Below are positions 17,783-27,654 of a stretch of 58,849 nucleotides of DNA, in pieces (position 1 is the stretch's first letter; every line of letters begins with the position of its first letter). Location: assembly GCA_029820045.1 (NCBI GenBank), contig JALGVE010000010.1:1-58849 (forward strand), given 5' to 3'. The stretch comes from Candidatus Zipacnadia bacterium (GTDB lineage: Bacteria > Armatimonadota > Zipacnadia > Zipacnadales > UBA5352). The notes under the pieces are model-generated. The model was given only the letters and a program-made list of their open reading frames with translations. It searched no databases and was not told the DNA's origin. The position numbers were made by a program, and so were the translations under genes.

Positions 17783-19063
17783 ATGAGCAGCAAGCCGGTA
17801 ACTGCGGTCATCATCGGATGCGGACATCGCGGCGTGGGCTACGGGCGCTACTCCCTGACGCACCCGGAGGACCTCAAGGTCCTCGCCGTGGCTGATCCCG
17901 ACCCCATCAGGCGCGAGCGCGCGGCTGAGCAGTTTGACATCCCGCCGGAGCGTCGCTACGAAACGGGACAGGAGTTGGCGGAGGAGCCGCGCCTCGCCGA
18001 CGCGGCCATCAATGGCACCATGGACCGCGACCATGTCCCCACCACGCTCCCGCTTCTCGACGCAGGCTACGACGTGCTCCTGGAAAAGCCCATCTGCTCC
18101 ACCAGGGAAGAGCTGTTGGGGCTGCTCCGGGCGGTGCAGAGGACCGGCCGGAAGCTCATGATCGGCCATGTCCTGCGCCACGCCCCGTTCTACGTGGCAA
18201 TCAAACAGCGCCTGATGGACGGCGAGGTCGGCGAGATCATGACAATGCACACGGCGGAGAACGTTAGCTACCACCACGTCGCGGCCGCCTTCATCAGGGG
18301 CAGGTGGAACCGCAGGGATACCTCCAACCCGATGCTGCTGGCCAAGTGCTGCCATGACCTCGACCTGATAGCTTGGTTCAAGAGCGGCATTCGCCCCGTG
18401 CGCGTCGCCAGCATGGGCAGCCGCATGTTCTTCCGCGAGGAGATGGCGCCTCCCGGCTCGGGAACGCGCTGCCTGGTGGACTGCGAGATTGAGGACACCT
18501 GCCCGTACTCGGCTCGCAAGAACTATCTGGAGCAGAAGCGCTGGGGCGCATACTGCTGGGAGGCCATCGAGGATATCGCCGAGCCGACCGAGGAGGACAA
18601 GCGCGAGTCGCTACGCACCGACAACCCTCATGGCAGGTGCGTCTGGCGCTGCGACAATGACGTGGTGGACCACCAGTCGGTCATCACCGAGTTCGAGGAC
18701 GGGGCGCTTGCCACGCATGACCTGATAACCGGCACGGCCCGGCCGGGGCGGTCAATTCACATCGCCGGCACCGCCGGCGAGATCGAGGGGTTCATGGAGC
18801 ACGGGAAGTTCGTCGTGCGGCATCCGGACGCGCGCGTCGGGCACGAGTACTCCGAGGAGGAGACGGATCTGACCGTGTCTGCTGATATGCACGGCGGCGG
18901 GGACATGCGGCTGGTGGAGGACTTCATTCACGTGGTCCGCGGTGAGGCGCCTTCCATCTCGACCACGGACATTGCGGACTCCGTCTACGGACACCTCATC
19001 GCCTTCGCCGCCGACGATGCGATGCTGCACAGGCGCGTGGTCGAGATCGAGGAACTCGGGTAG
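17783..19063 (+). CDS. Gfo/Idh/MocA-family oxidoreductase (YteT-like)
   Basis: IIGCGHRG, LLEKPI, GHVLRHAPFY, LLAKCCHDLD, GRCVWRCDNDVVDHQ, HGGGD. Confidence 0.92.
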   Translation: MSSKPVTAVIIGCGHRGVGYGRYSLTHPEDLKVLAVADPDPIRRERAAEQFDIPPERRYETGQELAEEPRLADAAINGTMDRDHVPTTLPLLDAGYDVLLEKPICSTREELLGLLRAVQRTGRKLMIGHVLRHAPFYVAIKQRLMDGEVGEIMTMHTAENVSYHHVAAAFIRGRWNRRDTSNPMLLAKCCHDLDLIAWFKSGIRPVRVASMGSRMFFREEMAPPGSGTRCLVDCEIEDTCPYSARKNYLEQKRWGAYCWEAIEDIAEPTEEDKRESLRTDNPHGRCVWRCDNDVVDHQSVITEFEDGALATHDLITGTARPGRSIHIAGTAGEIEGFMEHGKFVVRHPDARVGHEYSEEETDLTVSADMHGGGDMRLVEDFIHVVRGEAPSISTTDIADSVYGHLIAFAADDAMLHRRVVEIEELG

Positions 19064-19167
19064 CGCCAGCCGCCGAACCCACAAGGGAACCCAGCCGCGG
19101 CCTGTGATGTCCATATACTGTAGAACGGGCGCGCGTGGCTGCAGGACTGCGATGCCGAGGAGCGATG

Positions 19168-20169
19168 ATGGTGAACCTGGTCGCTTGGTCAGCGATGCTC
19201 ATCACAGCCGCCCTGTGCCAACAGACGCAGAGTCAGCTAGCCTTCGTCTCCTCGCGTGACGGCAACCCCGAGGTCTACGTAGTAAACGCTGATGGCACAG
19301 GCCTGAAGCGACTTACGCGTAATCCGGCGGAAGACACCAAGCCTGCCTGGTCCCCAGATGGGACCACGCTCGCCTTTGTGACCGACCGCGACGGCAACCA
19401 GGAGATATACCTGATGGCCGCCGACGGCTCCCATCAAAGGAATCTGACCAACAACCAGGCCTTCGAGGACTACCCCTGCTGGTCGCCCGACGGACGATAC
19501 CTCTTGTTCGCCACTGACCGAGATGGCAATTCCGAGGTATACATCACGGGCCGCGATGGCGCCTGGAGCCGCGATCTCAGCAATCATCCCTCCTGGGACA
19601 GCCTGCCGACCTGGTCGCCCTCAGGTGAGGCCATCGCCTATGTCACCGACCGAGAGCAGGACCAGGAAATCGTGGTCGGCGCGCCGGATGGTTCATCCTT
19701 GCGGAACGTCACAGCCCACCAGGCATGGGATGGAGACCCGAAGTTCTCACCGGACGGCAAGCGCCTGGCCTTCAGGACTCACCGCGATGGCAACATCGGG
19801 GTCTACGTATGCGAGCTGGAAAGCCTCAAATTGACTAACGTCAGCCAGAACCAGGTCTGGAATGAGGAGCCTGACTGGTCGCCGGACGGAGGCAAGCTGG
19901 CATACGCCTCCTCGCCCGCCGGCAACAGGGAGATAATCGTTGCTGACATGCAGTCCGGCGCCCGGACCAACATCACGAGCAACGCCGCCAACGACTGGGG
20001 GCCGAAGTGGTCGCCGGACGGGGAGAGCATCGCCTTCCTGTCAGACAGGGACGGCGAGGCAAGGCTCTACGTCATGAAGAGCGACGGGAGCGAGGTCAGG
20101 GAAGTCAGCGGTGGGCAGGTCTTCGATAGCGGCCACGCTTGGCGGCCTGGAAGCGCGGGCGATAGGTAA
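19168..20169 (+). CDS. TolB-like PD40 beta-propeller protein
   Basis: Signal-peptide-like N-terminus and about 7 repeats of P.WSPDG..(L/I)AF.(S/T)DRDG..EIY. Lacks the TolB N-terminal domain. Start 19165 also possible. Confidence 0.88.
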   Translation: MVNLVAWSAMLITAALCQQTQSQLAFVSSRDGNPEVYVVNADGTGLKRLTRNPAEDTKPAWSPDGTTLAFVTDRDGNQEIYLMAADGSHQRNLTNNQAFEDYPCWSPDGRYLLFATDRDGNSEVYITGRDGAWSRDLSNHPSWDSLPTWSPSGEAIAYVTDREQDQEIVVGAPDGSSLRNVTAHQAWDGDPKFSPDGKRLAFRTHRDGNIGVYVCELESLKLTNVSQNQVWNEEPDWSPDGGKLAYASSPAGNREIIVADMQSGARTNITSNAANDWGPKWSPDGESIAFLSDRDGEARLYVMKSDGSEVREVSGGQVFDSGHAWRPGSAGDR

Positions 20170-20231
20170 TAACAGGCAAGGGGCAAAGCGCGAACGCCGT
20201 AGCCCTTGCTGTCCCAGCCGTTCCCGATCTC

Positions 20232-23200
20232 CTATTCGCCATTGCCCATTCCCCCTCGTTCCTGAGCCTTTTTCCAGTGCGCGGTCACGTAGATGAAGAT
20301 GTTGGTGCCCATCTCGAAAGCCGGTTCGCGGCTCTCGGGGCGGACCCATTCACCGGTCCCCTCCCAGCAGTCCCCGTAGTCGTTCCGTGAGAAGATCACA
20401 CCAAGCCGGCCGCCGACGTCAATGCCCTGCAGCGGATAGCGCTCCCCCATGTCCCCCGCCGGCACCCGGTCGAGCACGTAGCGCGCGCGGTAGAGGTCGT
20501 GCTCAAGAGGCAGGTCCTCGGGGGCTTTGCCGAATATCTTCTTCATCTCTCGCTCGAAGCACTCGCCGAACGGGCCGTGGGAGTCCTCGCCGAAGATAGT
20601 GCCCCCCTGGGCCACGTACTGCCTAAGGGTTTCGCGCTCCTGGTCGGTCAGACTGAAGGGCCTGTGGCCGCGGAGGTGCAGGAGGGGAGTGTTGCGGATG
20701 TTGTCCAGTGTAAGCGGCACGAAACGCTCCTGGACGGTCACGTGCACGTTGGTTCGCTCGCGCACCTCAGCCAGGAGATTGCGCATGCCCTGGGCGTCGG
20801 CCTGATAGTCGGCGGTAGTAACGCCCATCGGCATGTCGAAGCTACCGCTCACGTTTGCGTAAAGGCCGCCCAGAGCTGCCTTAGCAGCATCACCGACAAG
20901 CCCCGCGCCAACGCCACCGCCACCCGGCCCCAGGCCCGCTATGCCGGAGACCGGCAGTGCCTTGTCCTCAGAAGGGAGCCGCGGCAAGCCGATGCCGCCG
21001 GCCTGACCTCCCTCCGCGCCCAGGCCAAAGCCCACCGGTCCTCCTGTACCCAGCCCCGGGCCGGCTCCTGCGCCGGCGCCGGTACCAGTGCCAATGCCGA
21101 ATCCCAGGCCCGTGCCTCCAGGTACGGCCAGAGGACCCCGAGCCATGCGCGGAGCGCCCTTGCCAAACCCGTAGCCTGCCCCGCCCACTCCTGTTCCCGG
21201 GCCTTCCCCGGTGCCGGTCCCCAGCGCTCCCCCCAGCGCCGGCATTACGTACTCATTAAACGCGCCAACCAGCAGCCCGGGGATATTCGGGCCACGGTGG
21301 CCGGCTCCCAGACCTACCGGCCCCTCGGCGCCCATGCCTCGACCAACGCCATCACCAATGCCGCCTCCCTCGCCAGCGCCCACGCCGCCTTCGCCTCCCT
21401 GCCCACCACCGGGACCCGGCCCGCCGATTCCGACCGGTCCGTGGCCTATCTTCCAGAGGCCCTCCGTCTTTGCCTTACCCGGCAGTCCGGGCAGGCCGGT
21501 ACCCGTGAAGCCCGGGCCACCAGGTCCGGTGCCTCCGAAGCCGCCACCGCCGCCCAGCACCAGGCGCTCGCCGTACGAGCCTGGGCCGCCCGTGCCACCG
21601 GGGGTGCCCCAGGGCACGCCGTAAGGCCCACGTCCCGTGCCCGGTCCCCAGCCGGCTCCGCCGCCGGAGCCGAATCCCACAGGGCCGCCGCCGGAAGCCG
21701 CCTGACCTCCTCCCCCACCTCCGCCGCCAGTGCCTGCCCGAGCTAGACCGAATACGGAAGCTCCACTTCCTCCGCGCGCCCCGAACCGTGGAGAGGCCTT
21801 GCCCGCTCCGGACCCCAGCGGACGACCATCTCCACCACCTCCACCGAGACCCCCACCTCCGCCAAAGCCGATGCCACTGCCCCTGCCAAAGCCCGGCCCG
21901 CTACCACCTGGCCCAGCGCCGCCAGCACCCGCACCACCACCTGTGCCCGAACCGACGCCTATGCCCGGGCCGACGCCTGTGCCCACGCCACCGCCCGTGC
22001 CAGTACCCCCTGAGCCTGCACCAGCGCCACCAATGCCTATGCCGCCACCACTACCCAGGCCGGTGCCGGCCCAGCCCTCTCGCCCAACGTATACTGGCCT
22101 GCCTCCCCGGGGATTCGTGGCTACCGCCAACGGCTCCCCTCCAGGCGGTCCACTACCAGCAACCGCTCCGCTGCCACCGCCCGACCTGCCGCCACCGGGT
22201 CCGGAGCCCCCGCCGCCCGACCCTCTCTCCGCGACTGCTGGCCCAATAGGCCCCGCGCCGCCTCCGGGGGCAGACTTGTCGCCGGAGAGTCCTGTGCCCC
22301 CGTATCCCTCAGGCGCGCCGGGAGCCTCAATAGGCGCGGACGGGATTCCCTGGCGCATCGTGGGCGGGCCAGGCCCAGCGCCAGATCCTGCCTTACCGTT
22401 ACCAGCAGCGCCACCACCGGTCCCAGTCAACGAGGCAGGAGAGCCACCACCACCTCCGCCTTCAGGAGTGCCCTTCGGCAGGTCGGCAGTGACATCAGGG
22501 CTGATCTGGGGCCCGCCTGTGGGGAGGCTGCCCAGAGCCGGCGAGGCCTTGGTCAGCGGCCCGCCGGCGGACGCTGCCCCGGTGCCCGGTGACTCGCGTA
22601 TCGGTTCGGGAGCGGTGGAGGGCGCGAGAGCTATCCGAGTCTCCCCCGGGGTCGGCGGCCCCGGCGCCTTGCCGCCACCACTTCCCGCTGTCGGCATGGC
22701 GACCGGCACGGCCCCGGCGCCGCTGATTTCAGCGCCTGGCGCCTGAGCCTCCTGGGTCGGCGCTACAGCGGTCATCTGAGGCGCAGCCTTCGCCACCGTA
22801 GGCGCACTCGCTGGCCCGGGCGCACCGCCACCAGGCACAGACGGGCGCACAACGACCGGCGCAGGGTGGGGCGTAGTCACATCGGCAGGTCTCTGCGGTT
22901 GGCTTGAGGCCGGAGGCAATACCGTAAGCTGAGGAGCTACCTGCGGCTGAGGAGCAGGTTCAGGCCGCGGTGTATGAGCAACGGGCGCAGGCCGCACCTG
23001 CGGCATGGGCCTGGGCGATGACTGCGGCCCTCTTATGCCCACCACATTCACCATCGGCACGAACTGCGCGGCAGGCATTCGCCGCACAACTCGCCGTCGG
23101 GGCCTTCGTACCACCCGCCGGCTTGTCGTTCGACGGCGCGGAGCAGCCTTCACCTCAACCGGAGGTGGCTTGGGCTTGACAATTCGCACGAAATCCACGG

Positions 23201-23336
23201 CCGTCTCACTGACACGCGTGACCACCCTCGCGCGCGCTTTCCCTATCGGGCCGCCTATCGGCACGGTCAGGAAGACGGTGATGTGCAGGGCGATGGAGCC
23301 CAGGATCGCCCACTTGAAGCCAGCCTGATGCAGCAT
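20232..23336 (-). CDS. TonB/TolA-like anchored Pro/Gly-rich protein with C-terminal DUF4159 domain
   Basis: N-terminal TM with SIALH (S-x3-H), Pro-rich then very Gly-rich linker. C-terminal PLLHLRGH, LRQYVAQGGTIFGED, GRLGVIFSRNDYGDCWE, MGTNIFIY. Confidence 0.8.
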   Translation of the reverse strand: MLHQAGFKWAILGSIALHITVFLTVPIGGPIGKARARVVTRVSETAVDFVRIVKPKPPPVEVKAAPRRRTTSRRVVRRPRRRVVRRMPAAQFVPMVNVVGIRGPQSSPRPMPQVRPAPVAHTPRPEPAPQPQVAPQLTVLPPASSQPQRPADVTTPHPAPVVVRPSVPGGGAPGPASAPTVAKAAPQMTAVAPTQEAQAPGAEISGAGAVPVAMPTAGSGGGKAPGPPTPGETRIALAPSTAPEPIRESPGTGAASAGGPLTKASPALGSLPTGGPQISPDVTADLPKGTPEGGGGGGSPASLTGTGGGAAGNGKAGSGAGPGPPTMRQGIPSAPIEAPGAPEGYGGTGLSGDKSAPGGGAGPIGPAVAERGSGGGGSGPGGGRSGGGSGAVAGSGPPGGEPLAVATNPRGGRPVYVGREGWAGTGLGSGGGIGIGGAGAGSGGTGTGGGVGTGVGPGIGVGSGTGGGAGAGGAGPGGSGPGFGRGSGIGFGGGGGLGGGGGDGRPLGSGAGKASPRFGARGGSGASVFGLARAGTGGGGGGGGQAASGGGPVGFGSGGGAGWGPGTGRGPYGVPWGTPGGTGGPGSYGERLVLGGGGGFGGTGPGGPGFTGTGLPGLPGKAKTEGLWKIGHGPVGIGGPGPGGGQGGEGGVGAGEGGGIGDGVGRGMGAEGPVGLGAGHRGPNIPGLLVGAFNEYVMPALGGALGTGTGEGPGTGVGGAGYGFGKGAPRMARGPLAVPGGTGLGFGIGTGTGAGAGAGPGLGTGGPVGFGLGAEGGQAGGIGLPRLPSEDKALPVSGIAGLGPGGGGVGAGLVGDAAKAALGGLYANVSGSFDMPMGVTTADYQADAQGMRNLLAEVRERTNVHVTVQERFVPLTLDNIRNTPLLHLRGHRPFSLTDQERETLRQYVAQGGTIFGEDSHGPFGECFEREMKKIFGKAPEDLPLEHDLYRARYVLDRVPAGDMGERYPLQGIDVGGRLGVIFSRNDYGDCWEGTGEWVRPESREPAFEMGTNIFIYVTAHWKKAQERGGMGNGE

Positions 23337-23460
23337 GACAATCCGCCCTCACGTTGCCTGTCGTCGTCCCTCTCCGGTCGGCAGTACCCGCTGGCATAAG
23401 TCCGCGTCACACGCGCTGGCTGCGGGTTGTGTTCGAGGTACACCCAACCCCGCCCTTGCG

Positions 23461-23490
23461 GTTCTCCTCACGCTCCGCGTCTCCGCGGTG
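23461..23490. repeat. Dispersed CACCGCGGAGACGCGGAG-type repeat
   Basis: Reverse complement matches 46438-46467 at 24/30 positions. Confidence 0.45.
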
Positions 23491-23583
23491 AAACAACTCG
23501 TTGGCACTTGTCTGAACCTTCGCGGAGGCAGCGCCTGGCCGTCCAAGGCCGTATGATGGCTTGCGTACCTGCGCGAGTGAGGC

Positions 23584-24006
23584 CTAGTTGGGACCGGCCC
23601 TCGAGCTTTGGACTTCGATCTCGGCGGCCAGGGTTATGTCGGCGCCCAGGAGCTTGGCGGTGTCCATCACGGTGACTATGGTACCGTAGGGCACGCCCTC
23701 ATCACCGCGAATCGTCACTCCCCTGGATGCGGATTGCGCGAACTCGCGCTTGAGCACCAGGGCGAGGTCCGCGGGCTTAATCCAGTTCTTGTTAACCTTG
23801 AGCTGGCCGGCGCGATTGACCCAGATGGTGACCTCCCGCTTGGGCAGCGCCTCCGAGGTGATGGCCTTGGGCAGGGTGATGTCCAGGCCCGTGTCCTTCG
23901 CGAAGGTGCTGGTGAGCATGAAGAAGATAATGAGCAGAAAGGCCACGTCGGCCATGGTGGCCATGGGTATCATGTCGGCAGGGGTGAGGCGGGACCTAAG
24001 CTTCAT
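23584..24006 (-). CDS. exbD: ExbD/TolR biopolymer transport protein
   Basis: IPMATMADVAFLLIIFFMLTSTF, ITLP, IRGDEGVPYGTIVTVMD. Confidence 0.92.
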   Translation of the reverse strand: MKLRSRLTPADMIPMATMADVAFLLIIFFMLTSTFAKDTGLDITLPKAITSEALPKREVTIWVNRAGQLKVNKNWIKPADLALVLKREFAQSASRGVTIRGDEGVPYGTIVTVMDTAKLLGADITLAAEIEVQSSRAGPN

Positions 24007-24640
24007 TATCATCCCCCTTGGACAGGAGGCTGACAAGTTGGGCGCTGCCCAACTCTATGCCCAGCGCCAGGCCGTTGACGCGAGCCACAAAGAAACTATA
24101 CGCGATGTAGCAGGGGATGGCAACGACCAGGCCGGAGGCGGTGGTGATGAGGGCCTCACCGATGCCACCTGCCACAACGCCGGGCTCGCCGAGGCCGCTC
24201 GCGGCGATGGCGGTAAAGGCGCGGATCATCCCGCTTACCGTGCCCAGGAAGCCTATGAGCGGCGCCACGCTGGCTATGGTGGACAGCGCCGGGAGGCCTG
24301 ACTCGAGCGAGGCAAGCTGCCTGGCGCCTGCGGAGGTCGCTGCGTCCTGAACGGCCTGCCGGGCGCTGCCCGCCGTCGCCAACACCGCCTGAAGGACTTG
24401 GCTGACCGCTGCCGGTGACCTCGCGCACCTCTGCCGGGCCGCCTCGTTCTCCCCCTCCGCCGCGAGCTTGCTGACCTCTTCGACCAGGGCTGAGGCGCCC
24501 CGTCCTGCCCACCACAGGTCGAAGGTCTTGTACAGCATCACCGCAAGCGCGATGATGGAGCACGCCAGCAGAACCCACATCCAAGGCCCCCCACGCACGA
24601 AGTAGTCAAACAGGGCCAACTGTGACATCCACTCGCTCAT
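23996..24640 (-). CDS. exbB: MotA/TolQ/ExbB proton channel protein
   Basis: GGPWMWVL, LSTIASVAPLIGFLGTVSGMI, GIGEALITTASGLVVAIP. Confidence 0.93.
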   Translation of the reverse strand: MSEWMSQLALFDYFVRGGPWMWVLLACSIIALAVMLYKTFDLWWAGRGASALVEEVSKLAAEGENEAARQRCARSPAAVSQVLQAVLATAGSARQAVQDAATSAGARQLASLESGLPALSTIASVAPLIGFLGTVSGMIRAFTAIAASGLGEPGVVAGGIGEALITTASGLVVAIPCYIAYSFFVARVNGLALGIELGSAQLVSLLSKGDDNEA

Positions 24641-24762
24641 AGATCATGTCTCCCTCTGTGTTTGTGCCCCGCGTCGCGCGCGGTGGCCGTGCGGGGCCTC
24701 CCGCCCGGGTATTGCTTCTCGGTACTGCTGCCATATTCCGCGAGAGCCAGAGAATGCTGTTC

Positions 24763-24840
24763 GTAGGTCGGGCTTTCTAGCCCGACTCATCAGTCGTTTC
24801 CCCGGCGGTCAATAGACTCGGGCTAGAAAGCGCGACCTAC
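24763..24840. repeat. REP doublet (REPIN-like): two inverted GTAG-REP units
   Basis: GTAGGTCGGGCTTTCTAGCCCGAC (24763-24786) and inverted GTAGGTCGCGCTTTCTAGCCCGAG (24840-24817). Confidence 0.8.
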
Positions 24841-24951
24841 CTTGAGGCATGTGAACTCGGGCCCCCCGGTTGCGGCGCACCCTACCCCCTGCGCACAACA
24901 CCGCTAGTTCTGACGGCAACCGCCAGTAGGATTACCTTCACAGTGCTGACC

Positions 24952-27654
24952 CTAACGCTGTAAGGCCTCGATGCGCGCCTTCGCCTTGTCTACCCATTGC
25001 TGTTGGTCCGCGTAGCGGTTGATGATCACCTGATAGCTCTTAAGTGCGTTATCCGCATCCTGAAGCTGCTCGTAGCACTGACCGGCCTCGAACTGCGCCT
25101 GCGCCGCCCAGCGCTCATCGCCGTAAAGGATGGCCACCTTGAGGAACTCCTCTGCCGCCCCCCTCAGATCGCCCTTATCCCGCCGACAGGCGGCCAGCTC
25201 GTACTGAGCTTGCACGGCGACCTGCCCGTTGGTAGAGGCGGTAACCTTCTGCAGAGCCTCCAGCGCCCGGTCGAACTGCTTCTGCTGCCGGTAGCATCGC
25301 GCCAGGCCCAACGCGGCGTGCGCCGCCGCCGGATGGTCGGCATGAGCGGTCGCGACCATGTTGAAGGCTTCCAGCGCCTGCTCCGTTCGGCCCAGCTCCA
25401 TATCGGCCCGCCCCAGCAGCACCAGCGCCCACGGCGCATTCTCGGCCCCGGCGTATTCGCCGCGGAACGGCTCCAGGAGTTCAGCTACCTGCTGATGCTC
25501 ACCCTTGTCAGCGAGGAGCAGGGCCGCCTGATAGCGCGCATCGGCGGCGACCGCCGGTGAGCTTGCCGCGGTGGCTGCTTGCGAGAACAGGGGCAGGGCC
25601 TCATCGCCCTTGTCCTGCCTGAGTAAGGCCCACGCGAGGCCGTACTGCGCCTCGTCTACGAACTCGCTGCCCGGGAAGCCGTCTATGATCTGCTTATACA
25701 GACCTTGAGCCTGGGCGTACTGTTCCTGCGCAAACAGCTTCTCGCCGACCGCCAGCATGCCCTCGATGGCTCCCTGAGCCGCCTGGGAGTCAGGATGCTT
25801 CTGAATGACCACCTGAAAGGCTTCGGCGGCCGTGAGGTCGCCACCGGCGAGCTTGGCCCAGCCGATGCCCAACTGCGCATAGGGCGCGGTCTCACCCTCA
25901 GGAGCGGTCTTAAGGGCCTTGAGGTAGAGGGGGATTGCCTGTGTGTGCTTCTCCGCCCTGGTGAGCGCCTCCGCGACAGTGTAGTACGCGAAGGCCACAG
26001 CCTCAGCGCTCGCCCCGGACTTCTCCAGGTTACCGGCAAGCTGTTGCGCCCGATCCAGATCGCCGCGGCCCGCATAGAGGGTCACCAAGGCGGCAGTGGC
26101 GCGACCAACATACTCAGACTGCTTGCCTTGCTCGAGCGCCTGGCGATAGAACTTCTCGGCCTCCTGTTCATGGCCCAGCTTCTGGTGACAGGCAGCCAGG
26201 AGATAGAGGGCCTCCGCAAGCCGCTCGTGCTCAGGGTGACTGGCGATCAGCCCCTGGAGCATCTCAAGGGAACCCTGATAGTGTTCAGCGCTAAAGTAGG
26301 CGTGGGCCAGGCGATAGGACAACTCCGCGGCGAGAGCCGAACCGGGATTGCTCTTGATTACCCTCTCAAGCTCCGCCAGCGACGCCTCGGACCCGTCCTG
26401 CTGATACCTGGCCCAGGCGAGGTAGGCCATGGCCTGCTGCTTGTGCTGCTCATCCTGGGCCGCATCGGCGGCCGCCTGATAAGCGGCGAGGGCGGCCTCA
26501 TTGTTGCCGGCGGCGGTCTGAAGCTGGCCGATGCGGAATTGCGCGTCGCTCAGGCGCTTACTATCCTTATGCTCCTTCACGAGGCGAGTGTGCGCCGCCA
26601 GGGCCTTTTCCGCGTTGCCCTGCTGCTCGTAAGTAACCCCCAGCCAGTAGAGCGCCTCGTCGGCCCACTCGTTGGTGGGGTCGGCGCTCACCTGCGCGTA
26701 AAGCTCGGCGGCCCGGTCCCAGCGGCGAAGGTGGTAGAGGCAGTCTGCGGCGCGCAGCCGCGCTTCCGCCGCCACCGGACTGTCAGGATAGGTATCCGAC
26801 ACACTCTTGAAGGCCCGCAGGGCTCCCTCGTAGTCATTCTGCTGGAAGTAGCACCAGGCGATCCCGGCTTGAGCCTGAGCGGCGAACCCGGAGTCAGCGT
26901 GCGCCAGGACCTTCTTGAAGGCCTCCATGGCAGCCGCAAAGTTAGCCTGCGCCCGGTAGGCAGTGCCCAGGAGATACTGACACTCAGCGGCCACAGGGCT
27001 GTTCGCATACCGGGTGAGCGCCTGCGATAGAGGCTTGACGGCCTCCTGGGGCTGCTCAAGCTGGAGGTAGGCCAGGCCTATTGAGTAGTAGGCATAGGGC
27101 ACTTCCTGGTCGCTGAGGTTACGCTTGAGGGCGTCCCGATAGCTGGCAATGGCCTTCTCGTATTGGCCGAGATGATAGTAGCTCTCACCGCGCCAGTAGG
27201 CTGCCCTGGCGGCCTGCTTGCTGTTGGGGAACCTGCCCAGCAGCGTCTCGTAGGCGGTCGCAGCCTGCTGGTAGTTCTTGAGCTGATAGTACGCGTCGCC
27301 CAGCCAGAGGTAGCTGGGCTCGGCCTCCTCACTATCAGGAAACTCGTCCCCTACGCGCCGCAAGTACGGCAGAGCCTCGGCGAACTTGTTGAGCCGGAAG
27401 TTACACTCGCCGATGCGGAAGAGGGCCAGCGATATGTTAGCATGGTCAGGATGGTCCTTGACGAATTGAAGGTATTTCTCGGTCGCGAGCTGGTAGTTCT
27501 CCTGGCCGTACAGGCCCTCGGCGAAGGCGAAGTCCCTCTCGGCCTGGTCCGCAGCCTGCGCCCAGGAAGTGATGTTGGAGCCGCATAACAGCGCGGCTCC
27601 AACGGCCATCAGCACACATAGTTCCGTCAACAGGTCCAAAGATCGCCGGTTCAT
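24952..27654 (-). CDS. Secreted tetratricopeptide-repeat protein (CpoB/BamD-type TPRs)
   Basis: Signal peptide and many repeats of A.Y.LG..Y...A...(F/Y)......(Y/F)P.S. Confidence 0.9.
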   Translation of the reverse strand: MNRRSLDLLTELCVLMAVGAALLCGSNITSWAQAADQAERDFAFAEGLYGQENYQLATEKYLQFVKDHPDHANISLALFRIGECNFRLNKFAEALPYLRRVGDEFPDSEEAEPSYLWLGDAYYQLKNYQQAATAYETLLGRFPNSKQAARAAYWRGESYYHLGQYEKAIASYRDALKRNLSDQEVPYAYYSIGLAYLQLEQPQEAVKPLSQALTRYANSPVAAECQYLLGTAYRAQANFAAAMEAFKKVLAHADSGFAAQAQAGIAWCYFQQNDYEGALRAFKSVSDTYPDSPVAAEARLRAADCLYHLRRWDRAAELYAQVSADPTNEWADEALYWLGVTYEQQGNAEKALAAHTRLVKEHKDSKRLSDAQFRIGQLQTAAGNNEAALAAYQAAADAAQDEQHKQQAMAYLAWARYQQDGSEASLAELERVIKSNPGSALAAELSYRLAHAYFSAEHYQGSLEMLQGLIASHPEHERLAEALYLLAACHQKLGHEQEAEKFYRQALEQGKQSEYVGRATAALVTLYAGRGDLDRAQQLAGNLEKSGASAEAVAFAYYTVAEALTRAEKHTQAIPLYLKALKTAPEGETAPYAQLGIGWAKLAGGDLTAAEAFQVVIQKHPDSQAAQGAIEGMLAVGEKLFAQEQYAQAQGLYKQIIDGFPGSEFVDEAQYGLAWALLRQDKGDEALPLFSQAATAASSPAVAADARYQAALLLADKGEHQQVAELLEPFRGEYAGAENAPWALVLLGRADMELGRTEQALEAFNMVATAHADHPAAAHAALGLARCYRQQKQFDRALEALQKVTASTNGQVAVQAQYELAACRRDKGDLRGAAEEFLKVAILYGDERWAAQAQFEAGQCYEQLQDADNALKSYQVIINRYADQQQWVDKAKARIEALQR

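Noticed and set aside
20900-22750. PE-PGRS or collagen-like protein
   Set aside because: No PE domain and no strict Gly-X-Y periodicity. It is a low-complexity linker.
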